Source: Acidobacteriota bacterium (GTDB lineage Bacteria; Acidobacteriota; Thermoanaerobaculia; UBA5066; Gp7-AA6). Taken from it: a stretch of 51,527 nt of DNA. Positions within the stretch are counted from its first letter, which is position 1. Every line of letters starts with the position of its first letter. The position numbers were made by a program, and so were the translations under genes. Shown here piece after piece: positions 1-8,165 of this stretch. The stretch covers positions 1 through 51,527 of the forward strand of contig JBKPSZ010000258.1 of assembly GCA_046735265.1 (NCBI GenBank), given 5' to 3'. The notes beneath the pieces were generated by a model. It did no database searches, was not told the origin of the DNA, and worked only from the letters and a program-made list of their open reading frames with translations.

Positions 1-530
<530 letters not shown>

Positions 531-607
531 CGAGCCTCCTGGTCGTCGGGGCGCCTGGAATGTGCGGTGAGTTTAGCGCGCCGTCCGTCTAAGATGGACG
601 CGAGTCC

Positions 608-2002
608 TTGAGCCTCCCAGAGTACTTCGTCCGCAGCCGTCGCGTCGTGACGCCCGGAGGGGTGCGCCCCGCGTCGTTTCTCGTCCGGGACGGCCGCATC
701 GTTGCGGTCGAGGGGCCGGACGAGGTCCCGTCCCGCGCGGAGGTCCTCGACTTCGGCGACGCCGTCGTGATGCCGGGAGTCGTGGACACGCACGTGCACG
801 TCAACGATCCGGGTCGCGCGGACTGGGAGGGCTTCGAGTCCGCCACTCGCGCCGCCGCGGCGGGCGGCGTCACGACGCTCTTCGACATGCCGTTGAACAG
901 CATTCCCGCGACGACCGACGTCGCCGCCTTCGAAGCGAAGCTCGAAGCCGCGGCCGGTCGCTCGCACGTCGACGTCGGATTCTGGGGCGGCGTCGTGCCC
1001 GGGAACGTCCGAGAGATCGTGCCGCTCCGCCTCCGCGGCGTGCCAGGCTTCAAGTGCTTTCTCGCGCCTTCGGGAGTCGAGGAGTTCCCCGCGGTCGGCG
1101 AGGCGGAGCTGCGCGAGGCCCTTCCCGCGATCGCCGATGCCGGGGCCGTTCTCCTCGTGCACGCGGAGCGCGCCGAAGACCTCGCCGAAGTCCGTCCGGG
1201 CGCTCGGGATTACGCCGCGTACGTTGCGTCGCGGCCGCCCCGCGCCGAGAGCGCAGCCGTCGAGCTCCTCGCCCGCCTCGCCGAGGAATTCCGCTCTCCG
1301 ATCCACGTCGTGCACCTCTCCTCCGCCGAAGCGCTGCCGGCTCTGTCCCGCGCCCGCGAGGCCGGCGTGCCGCTGACCGCAGAGACGTGTCCGCACTACC
1401 TCTTCTTCGAGGCCGAAGCCATTCCGCCGGGGTCGACCGAGTTCAAGTGCGCTCCGCCCATCCGGGGACGGGAAAACCGCGAGCGCCTCTGGCAGGCGCT
1501 CGGAGATGGCGTGATCGGAATGGTCGTCTCGGATCACTCTCCGTCCCCGCCCGAAGGGAAGTGCCGCGACACCGGCGACTTCTCGCGGGCCTGGGGAGGG
1601 ATCTCGTCGCTCGAGCTCGCACTTCCGGCGCTCTGGAGCGCGGCGCGGCGGCGCGGAGTGGGCCTCGAAGCGATCGCGGACTGGATGTGCTCCGCGCCCG
1701 CGCGGCTCGCCGGCCTCGAGTCGCGCAAGGGAAAGCTCGCTCCCGGGTTCGACGCGGACTTCGTCGTGTGGCGTCCGGAGGCGTCGTTCGAAGTGGTTCC
1801 CGAGAAGCTCCAACATCGTCACAAGCTCACTCCTTACGCCGGAAGAGCGCTCTTCGGCGTGGTGGAAGAGACGCACCTGCGCGGGAAGAAGATCTTCGAC
1901 AGGGGGAATTTCGTCGGCCGGCCGCGGGGAGAGGCCCTTCTGGTGCCGCCAGGGGATCCCGGCCCACGGAAAGGGGCGCACGACTGGACTTTCGAGAGCT
2001 GA
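608..2002 (+). CDS. allB: allantoinase (cyclic amidohydrolase)
   Basis: 464 aa. Has the DTHVHVNDPGR HxH metal motif and amidohydrolase-fold length. Sits in a urate-degradation gene neighbourhood. TTG start. Confidence 0.88.
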   Translation: MSLPEYFVRSRRVVTPGGVRPASFLVRDGRIVAVEGPDEVPSRAEVLDFGDAVVMPGVVDTHVHVNDPGRADWEGFESATRAAAAGGVTTLFDMPLNSIPATTDVAAFEAKLEAAAGRSHVDVGFWGGVVPGNVREIVPLRLRGVPGFKCFLAPSGVEEFPAVGEAELREALPAIADAGAVLLVHAERAEDLAEVRPGARDYAAYVASRPPRAESAAVELLARLAEEFRSPIHVVHLSSAEALPALSRAREAGVPLTAETCPHYLFFEAEAIPPGSTEFKCAPPIRGRENRERLWQALGDGVIGMVVSDHSPSPPEGKCRDTGDFSRAWGGISSLELALPALWSAARRRGVGLEAIADWMCSAPARLAGLESRKGKLAPGFDADFVVWRPEASFEVVPEKLQHRHKLTPYAGRALFGVVEETHLRGKKIFDRGNFVGRPRGEALLVPPGDPGPRKGAHDWTFES

Positions 2003-2982
2003 TCGACCTCGCTTCGGAGCGCGTCGGCGGCGTCGTCCTCGCCGCCAACGACGATTTCTTCGCGCCGAAGGAGAATCTCGTGAAGGCGAGCAAGCCCCTG
2101 TTCCGCGAGGGCGAGTACACCGATCGCGGGAAGTGGATGGACGGCTGGGAGACGCGTCGCCGCCGCACCCCGGGCCACGACTGGTGCCTGATCCGACTCG
2201 GGTTGCCCGGCCTCCTGCGAGGCGTCGTCGTGGACACCGCGTTCTTCCGCGGGAACTACCCGGACGCCTGCGCTCTCGAGACGTGCGAGGCGCCGGCCGA
2301 TTCCTCGCCCGCGGAGCTCGAATCGGCGAGCTGGAACGAAGTCCTTCCTCGCTCCGCGCTTCGAGGAGACTGCGAGAATCCCTTCGAAGTCCGATCGTCG
2401 CGCCGGGCGACGCACGCGCGCTTCCACATCTTTCCCGACGGCGGCGTGGCGCGGCTCCGGATCTACGGGCTCGTCGCGCCGGACCCGCGGACTCTGTCAC
2501 GCCAAGAGCCGATCGATCTCGCCGCCGTCGAGCACGGCGGCATGGTGCTCGCGGCGAGCGACATGTTCTTCGGAAACCGGCACAGCCTGATCCTCCCGGG
2601 CGCCCCCCTCGGGATGCACGACGGGTGGGAGACCCGCCGGCGCCGCGGTCCGGGCCACGACTGGGCGATCGTTCGGCTCGCCGGCAAGGGGCGCGTTTCA
2701 CGGATCGAGGTGGACACGCGTTTCTTCAAGGGTAATGCGCCGGGGAGCTGTTCGGTCGAAGGGCTCGATGCGCCGGAGCTCCGGGAGGGGGAGCTTCCGT
2801 CCTCGACGGCACCCTGGAACGAGATCCTGGCGAAATCCTCTCTGGAGCCGGACTCGGTCCGGGTCTTCGACCGCGAAGTGAGCCCCGTCGCGCCGATCAC
2901 GCACGCGAGGCTGAACATCTTCCCGGACGGGGGCGTCGCGCGCCTCCGCCTCTGGGGCCGTCTCCAGCCGACCGGAGCATGA
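1984..2982 (+). CDS. alc: allantoicase (two allantoicase repeats); start codon uncertain
   Basis: This is the C-terminal ~333 aa of track ORF 1054..2982: ...LIDLASERVGGVVLAANDDFFAPKENL...WMDGWETRRRR...HARFHIFPDGGVARLRIYG. A second repeat follows: ...MHDGWETRRRRGPGHDW...NIFPDGGVARLRLWG. No in-frame ATG/GTG/TTG lies near the conserved N-terminus. The nearest candidate is CTG at 1984, preceded by GGAAAGGGG. Confidence 0.82.
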   Translation: MDFRELIDLASERVGGVVLAANDDFFAPKENLVKASKPLFREGEYTDRGKWMDGWETRRRRTPGHDWCLIRLGLPGLLRGVVVDTAFFRGNYPDACALETCEAPADSSPAELESASWNEVLPRSALRGDCENPFEVRSSRRATHARFHIFPDGGVARLRIYGLVAPDPRTLSRQEPIDLAAVEHGGMVLAASDMFFGNRHSLILPGAPLGMHDGWETRRRRGPGHDWAIVRLAGKGRVSRIEVDTRFFKGNAPGSCSVEGLDAPELREGELPSSTAPWNEILAKSSLEPDSVRVFDREVSPVAPITHARLNIFPDGGVARLRLWGRLQPTGA

Positions 2983-3467
2983 CCGCGGCGCTCGAGCGGC
3001 TGAACGCCCTCGGCGACGCAGAAGCGCAGGAGGAGCTCCGTCGATTCTGCGGCTCGATAGAGTGGGCGCGCCGGATGGCGCGCGCCCGTCCGTTTCCCGA
3101 CGTGTCGCGGGCTCTCGAAGCGGCGGAGCGGATCTGGGCATCGCTCGAAAAGGAAGACTGGCTCGAGGCGTTCCGCGCGCATCCGCGGATCGGCGATCGC
3201 GCCGCCTCCGGCCGCGAAGCCCGGGAACAGGCCGGAGCGCACGCGGCCACGGCGGAGGTGCGGGCGCATCTTTCCGAAGCGAACCGACTCTACGAGGAGC
3301 GATTCGGCCACGTCTTTCTCGTCGACGCGACGGGCAAGACCGGCGCGGAGATGCTGGAGCTTCTCCGGCAGCGCATCGGAACGGAGCCGGACGAGGAGCT
3401 GCGCATCGCCGCCGGCGAGCAGCGTAAGATCACGCGACGACGCCTGGAAGGAGCTCTCGGAAAGTGA
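2979..3467 (+). CDS. uraD: 2-oxo-4-hydroxy-4-carboxy-5-ureidoimidazoline (OHCU) decarboxylase
   Basis: 162 aa with ...AFRAHPRIGDR...RLYEERFGHVFLV... typical of OHCU decarboxylase. ATGA overlap with the allantoicase stop. Confidence 0.88.
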   Translation: MTAALERLNALGDAEAQEELRRFCGSIEWARRMARARPFPDVSRALEAAERIWASLEKEDWLEAFRAHPRIGDRAASGREAREQAGAHAATAEVRAHLSEANRLYEERFGHVFLVDATGKTGAEMLELLRQRIGTEPDEELRIAAGEQRKITRRRLEGALGK

Positions 3468-3805
3468 GCGGAATCACGACCCACGTGCTCGACACGTCGA
3501 GCGGCCGGCCCGCGAGCGGAGTCCCGGTCGCGCTCGAGGTCCGGTCCGAAGAGGGGAGCTGGCGGGAGATCGCGCGGAGCGCGACCGACGGAGAGGGCCG
3601 CGCGAGCCTCCTCGCGGCGAAATCTCAGGTTCCCCGCGGCGTGTATCGGCTCTCCTTCGACACCGGCGCCTACTTCCTCGCCTCGAACGTCGAGGCGTTC
3701 TATCCCGAGGTGCGGGTCGTCTTCGAGGTCCGCGAGCTCTCGCCTCACCACCACGTTCCGTTGCTCCTCTCGCCGTACGGGTACTCGACCTACCGGGGGA
3801 GCTGA
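3464..3805 (+). CDS. uraH: 5-hydroxyisourate hydrolase (transthyretin-like)
   Basis: 113 aa. Begins ITTHVLDTSSGRPA and ends with the C-terminal signature ...LLLSPYGYSTYRGS. Overlaps the uraD stop. Confidence 0.92.
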   Translation: MSGITTHVLDTSSGRPASGVPVALEVRSEEGSWREIARSATDGEGRASLLAAKSQVPRGVYRLSFDTGAYFLASNVEAFYPEVRVVFEVRELSPHHHVPLLLSPYGYSTYRGS

Positions 3806-3819
3806 GGACGGATCCCTCG

Positions 3820-4689
3820 ATGCTCGGTCCCAACTCCTACGGCAAGTCGGGCATCCGCGTAGTGCGGGTCTCTCGCGGACCGAATCGCCACGACATCGTG
3901 GACCTCACGGTCGCCGTGAGCCTCGAAGGAGACTTCGAGGCCGCACACGTGACGGGGGACAACTCCGCGGTGCTCCCGACCGACACGATGAAGAACACGG
4001 TGTATGCCTTCGCGGCCAGGACGCCGCTCGAGCCGATCGAGGGCTTCGCGCTCGCCCTGGCCCGGCACTTCGTCGAGACGCATGCGCCCGCCGAGCGCGC
4101 AAGCGTCGAGATCTCGGAGCACCCCTGGGAACGGCTCGACGTGTCCGGACAACCGCACGGCACGGCTTTCCGGCGTCCCGGAGGGGAGACACGCGTGACC
4201 CGAGCCCGAGTCGAACGAGGCGGAGGAGAGGTCGTGGAGTCGGGCCTCGCGGGACTCGTCCTGATGAAGACGGCGCGGTCCGGTTTCGCCGGCTTCGCGC
4301 GGGACCGCTTCACGACTCTGCGTGAAACGGACGACCGTCTGCTCGCCACCGCCCTGGAGGCCGCCTGGACCTACGCGTCCGCGGATCTCTCGTTCGCCGT
4401 CCTCCGAATGGGAATCCGGCAGACGCTCCTCGAAACGCTCGCCGAGCACGAGAGCCGCTCGGTCCAGCACACCCTGTACGCGATGGGGGAGACGGTTCTC
4501 GAGAGATACCCGGACGTCGCCGAGATCCGGCTTTCGATGCCGAACAAGCACCACCTGCCGGTCGACCTCGCGCCCTTCGGATTGGAGAACCGCAACGCGA
4601 TCTTCGTCGCGACCGAAGAGCCGTACGGCTTGATCGAAGCGAAAGTGAGACGGCCGTCCGCCGCCGAGCGGACGAGCCATCGACCTTGA
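3820..4689 (+). CDS. uox: urate oxidase (uricase)
   Basis: 289 aa. Contains YGKSGIRVVRV..., ...LPTDTMKNTVY... and the tunnelling-fold repeat architecture. Confidence 0.88.
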   Translation: MLGPNSYGKSGIRVVRVSRGPNRHDIVDLTVAVSLEGDFEAAHVTGDNSAVLPTDTMKNTVYAFAARTPLEPIEGFALALARHFVETHAPAERASVEISEHPWERLDVSGQPHGTAFRRPGGETRVTRARVERGGGEVVESGLAGLVLMKTARSGFAGFARDRFTTLRETDDRLLATALEAAWTYASADLSFAVLRMGIRQTLLETLAEHESRSVQHTLYAMGETVLERYPDVAEIRLSMPNKHHLPVDLAPFGLENRNAIFVATEEPYGLIEAKVRRPSAAERTSHRP

Positions 4690-4705
4690 CGAGGGGAGGA
4701 GTCAC

Positions 4706-5158
4706 ATGAGCGACCAGCCACCGGCGGCTCTTGCGGGACGGGGCAAGCGTCTCGGCGGCATCATCATCGACGCGCTGATCGTGGCCGTGATCCTCGTTCC
4801 CATCATGTTCGTCACCGGCGCCTTCCGCATGATGTTCGGAGGGGGCTACTCCTTCGGCCGTCAGGCCGGATACGGCCTTCTCGGCTGCGGAATCTGGCTC
4901 GTGCTCAACTGGCGCCTGCTCGAGCGGAGCGGGCAGACGATCGGGAAGAAAGCCCTCGGGATGAAAATCGTGGACCTCTCGGGCGCCCTTCCCCCCTTCG
5001 GAAAGCTCGTGGCCCTTCGCTACGTCCTTCCGATCCTGATCGCGCAGATTCCCTTCCTGGGAGGGTTGTTTTCGCTCGCCGACGCGCTCTTCATCTTCGG
5101 GCCCGAGCGACGCTGCATTCACGACTACCTGGCCGGAACGCGGGTCGTCGAAGCATAA
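4706..5158 (+). CDS. RDD-family membrane protein
   Basis: 150 aa. Has GKRLGGIIIDALIV and C-terminal IHDYLAGTRVV motifs and about 3 hydrophobic segments. Confidence 0.72.
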   Translation: MSDQPPAALAGRGKRLGGIIIDALIVAVILVPIMFVTGAFRMMFGGGYSFGRQAGYGLLGCGIWLVLNWRLLERSGQTIGKKALGMKIVDLSGALPPFGKLVALRYVLPILIAQIPFLGGLFSLADALFIFGPERRCIHDYLAGTRVVEA

Positions 5159-5274
5159 AGGCGGCTCGGCTGCGGGCGGGTCGAGCCCGGCCCCTACATT
5201 TCTTCGATCGGGGCCCGCCGGCCGGGCCGGAAATCTGCGGTTCATGGAGCCGGAAGCGCCGCGCAACGCGAGTC

Positions 5275-5499
5275 TTAGTTGCAGTGGATGAGCTGCAGGA
5301 CTTCGCCCGTTTCGGGCACCGTCTCGAGGAAAAAGCCGATCCCTTGTGCGTAGTAGTTGCGCTCGACACTTCCCGGATCGAGCGGGGTGAACTCGAGCGT
5401 CACGATGCAGTCCCCCGCGGAGCAGAGCAGCTCCGCCAGCTTTCGAGGCACCAGCGTGTCGAGATCCCGATCCTTGCCGAACGCGTACGAGATCGACAC
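5275..5499 (-). CDS. small hypothetical protein (74 aa; may be a C-terminal remnant of a longer gene)
   Basis: GC3-rich codon pattern consistent with coding. GTG start. The coding-like reading frame continues upstream to a stop at 5587-5589 without any canonical start. No recognisable family. Confidence 0.35.
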   Translation of the reverse strand: MSISYAFGKDRDLDTLVPRKLAELLCSAGDCIVTLEFTPLDPGSVERNYYAQGIGFFLETVPETGEVLQLIHCN

Positions 5500-5557
5500 G
5501 ACCTGGGCGACGTCCTCGGCGTTCGCGATCGAGAACTCCTGCCTGTACAGCTGACGC

Positions 5558-6904
5558 CTACCGGCGGCGTCGCGCCGCCAGGATCTTCACGAAGGAACGG
5601 CTGCGGAGCTCGTCGAGAGTCAGACCGCTCTTCTCGACGGCTTCGCTCTCCGTGATGGCGCCGCAGCTCCAGGCGCGCAGGAAGTAGTTGAGAAGCCCCT
5701 GGCCTGTCGCCGCGTCGTCGAAGACCTCGCCGACGAGGGTCGCCTGTCCCGCCTTCTCGACGAAGTTCTTGAGCCTCGCCGAGGCGGCGTCGAGCCCTTC
5801 GAGGAAGAAGGCGGCAAGAGCGGCGTAACGGGTTGGCAGCTGCGCGGGGTGCAGGTCCCACCCCTGGTAGTACCCCCCCTCGAGCGAGTGCCGGACGTGG
5901 CCGTAGTGGAGCCGCCAGGCCGCGTGCACCGCTTCCCGATTCTCCCGGATCTGCGCGTCCGTCAGCTTCCGGCCTTCGGCGGCCCGATGCCGCGGCACCG
6001 GCAGGACGTTCGTGGCGCCGTCGGAAATCCAGACGCCGGTGCCGGCGAGCGCGACCTGCATCGCGTGCTTGGCGAAGTCGCAGGCCGGGTGCGCCATGTG
6101 CTGGTGCGCGGCGGTGATCTGGAGCGAGGCCGTGTAGTCGTACGTCCCGAAGTGCGCCGCGGCGCAGCGCCCCCGGGCGGCCTCGGCCAGGCGCAGGACC
6201 TGGACCTGGCCGCGCTCGCCCAGGATCGCCTGCGGCGTCTCGATCATGATCTCGAGCCGGAGCGTCCCCGCCGGCAGCTTTCGACTCCGCTCGAAGCGAT
6301 CGAAGACGTCCGCGAGCGCCCAAACCTGCTCGGGGATCGTTACCTTCGGGAGCGTGACGACGAAGTTCTCGGGGAAGCGGCCGGCCCGCTCGAGCAGCTC
6401 CGTCAGGAAGAGATCGAGCGTCCGGAGGCTGCGCCGCTTCAACTCCTCGGTGAACGGCTTGATCCGGATGCCGATCGAAGGAGGCAGCGTCCCCGCCGAG
6501 AGCCCGGCCGCGGTCTCGCGCGCGGCGCCCGCGGCGTGGCCGTCCTCCTCCGCGTCGGGCCGGTTCCCGTAGCCGTCTTCGAAGTCGATCCGGAAGTCCT
6601 CGACCGGCTCGCGGCGGAGCTTCTCGACGACGCGCTCGAAGATCTTCGGCGCGGATCCCGACGGCAGCCCGAGCGCTGCGCCGAAAGCGGCGGCGTCCGG
6701 CGCGTACTCCTCGAGCGACCGCAGAGCCAGCGCGCCCAGCCGCGGGGCCGTGTCGGCCTTGAAGACCTGCGCGCCTCCGTAGACCGTGTGGACCGGCTGC
6801 CGCCGCGCGGAGTCCCCCGGATAGCGGGCGGCCAAGGCCTCGTTCCCCTTCTTGAGCTCGCCGAGGACCGGCGCCAGCACCGCGTCGGAAAGGGTCGCCT
6901 TCAC
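5558..6904 (-). CDS. HpcH/HpaI aldolase / citrate-lyase-beta (CitE)-like family enzyme, 448 aa
   Basis: The true start is GTG at 6904 (VKATLSDAVL...), in a GTGA overlap with the upstream FAD-subunit stop. Motifs FRIDFEDGYG and LRLEIMIETPQAI resemble the TIM-barrel metal/substrate motifs of CitE/malyl-CoA-lyase-like proteins. The long N-terminal extension in the track (to 7624) is a shadow frame. Confidence 0.68.
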   Translation of the reverse strand: MKATLSDAVLAPVLGELKKGNEALAARYPGDSARRQPVHTVYGGAQVFKADTAPRLGALALRSLEEYAPDAAAFGAALGLPSGSAPKIFERVVEKLRREPVEDFRIDFEDGYGNRPDAEEDGHAAGAARETAAGLSAGTLPPSIGIRIKPFTEELKRRSLRTLDLFLTELLERAGRFPENFVVTLPKVTIPEQVWALADVFDRFERSRKLPAGTLRLEIMIETPQAILGERGQVQVLRLAEAARGRCAAAHFGTYDYTASLQITAAHQHMAHPACDFAKHAMQVALAGTGVWISDGATNVLPVPRHRAAEGRKLTDAQIRENREAVHAAWRLHYGHVRHSLEGGYYQGWDLHPAQLPTRYAALAAFFLEGLDAASARLKNFVEKAGQATLVGEVFDDAATGQGLLNYFLRAWSCGAITESEAVEKSGLTLDELRSRSFVKILAARRRR

Positions 6905-7725
6905 GCGCGCGCCTCGCGCCAGAAGCGCTCGAGAAGATTGCCGCAGACGCGGCGCCGGTAGTCCGCCGTGGACCGCAGGTCGTCGATCGGCGCGATCTCG
7001 GAGAGGAGTGCCTCGCGCGCTTCCGCGAGCGAGCCGCCCGAGGAGAGAAGGCTCTCGGTTCGACGCGCGCGGATCACCGTGGGCGCGACGCTCCCGACCG
7101 CGATCCGCACCGAGGGACCGATGACCGCCGCCATGACGACTTTGGAGATGGCTTGAGCCGTGCGGGTCCCGACTTTGCGGAAGAGCTGGCGGCCGCGGAG
7201 GGGCGGGATCTCGATCGCGAGGAGAAGCTCGTCCGGCCGCATCACGCTCTTTCGATATCCGGTGTAGAAGTCCGCGAAGGCGATGCGGCGGCGTCCGCCG
7301 GCGCTCGCCAGGACGAGCCTCGCCTCCGCCGCGACGAGCACGGGGAGCGTGTCGCCCGCCGGAGACGCGTTCACGACGTTTCCGCCGATCGTCCCCCGGT
7401 TCTGGATCTGGACGCCGCCGACTTCGCGGGCCGCCGCGGCGAGCATCGGGATTCGACGACGGACGAGCGCGGAGCGCTGGAGCTCCGTGTAGGTCGTCAG
7501 CGCGCCGATCGAGAGCGTTTCTCCGCGGAGACGGATTCCGCGCAGCGCTTCGAGCGGCCAGAGGTTCAGGAAGCGCTTGTCCTTCAGCGTTCCGAAGTTC
7601 AGATTCACGTAGAGATCCGTGCATCCCGCGAGCGGCGTGAGCGGGCCTTCGTCGCGGAGCATCCGAAGGGCCTCGGGGAGCGAGCGCGGCTCGAGAAGTG
7701 TCAAGGGAGAGATGGCGCCCTTCAT
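6901..7725 (-). CDS. xanthine-dehydrogenase-family FAD-binding subunit (CoxM/XdhB-like)
   Basis: Start at MKGAISPLTLLEPRSLPEAL (ATG at 7725, ATGA overlap with the 2Fe-2S subunit stop). Has the FAD-binding PCMH-type motif ...LAGCTDLYV...NRGTIGGNVVNASPAGD... Confidence 0.85.
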   Translation of the reverse strand: MKGAISPLTLLEPRSLPEALRMLRDEGPLTPLAGCTDLYVNLNFGTLKDKRFLNLWPLEALRGIRLRGETLSIGALTTYTELQRSALVRRRIPMLAAAAREVGGVQIQNRGTIGGNVVNASPAGDTLPVLVAAEARLVLASAGGRRRIAFADFYTGYRKSVMRPDELLLAIEIPPLRGRQLFRKVGTRTAQAISKVVMAAVIGPSVRIAVGSVAPTVIRARRTESLLSSGGSLAEAREALLSEIAPIDDLRSTADYRRRVCGNLLERFWREARA

Positions 7726-8165
7726 GCCCTCGCCCTCGACCCGCGCGCCTTCCGGATCGCGCGATAGATCCCTTCGTATCCGGTGCATCGGCACAGATTG
7801 CCGGCCAGCCCGAATCGGATGTCCTCGAGGGTCGCCTTCCGCGGAAGCGCCGCCGCGGCGAGAATCATCCCGGGCGTGCAGATGCCGCACTGGGCGCCGC
7901 CCTCCGTGACGAAGGCTTTCTGGAGCGCCCCCTTCCCCTGGAGCCCTTCGATCGTCGTCACGCGGGAGTTGCGCGCCTGGGCGAAGGGAACGAGGCAGGA
8001 GTTGACCGGCTCGCCGTCCAAGAGAACGGTGCACGCGCCGCACTCCCCCTCGCCGCACCCCTCCTTCGTCCCGGTGAGCCCGCAGTCCTCGCGCAGGACG
8101 TCCAGGAGGCGCTTCATCGGGTGCGCCGCGACCTCACGGCTGCGGCCGTTGACCGTGAGCTTCAC
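7722..8165 (-). CDS. xanthine-dehydrogenase-family (2Fe-2S)-binding small subunit
   Basis: 147 aa. Has the Cys clusters CGEGECGACTV and ...QCGICTPGM...NLCRCTGY. Confidence 0.9.
   Translation of the reverse strand: MKLTVNGRSREVAAHPMKRLLDVLREDCGLTGTKEGCGEGECGACTVLLDGEPVNSCLVPFAQARNSRVTTIEGLQGKGALQKAFVTEGGAQCGICTPGMILAAAALPRKATLEDIRFGLAGNLCRCTGYEGIYRAIRKARGSRARA

Noticed and set aside
1964-1985. Programmed -1 frameshift fusing allantoinase to allantoicase
   Set aside because: No X_XXY_YYZ slippery heptamer lies in the zero frame (the codons are CGG AAA GGG GCG CAC). No obvious downstream pseudoknot or hairpin was seen. A CTG start or an assembly indel is more parsimonious.
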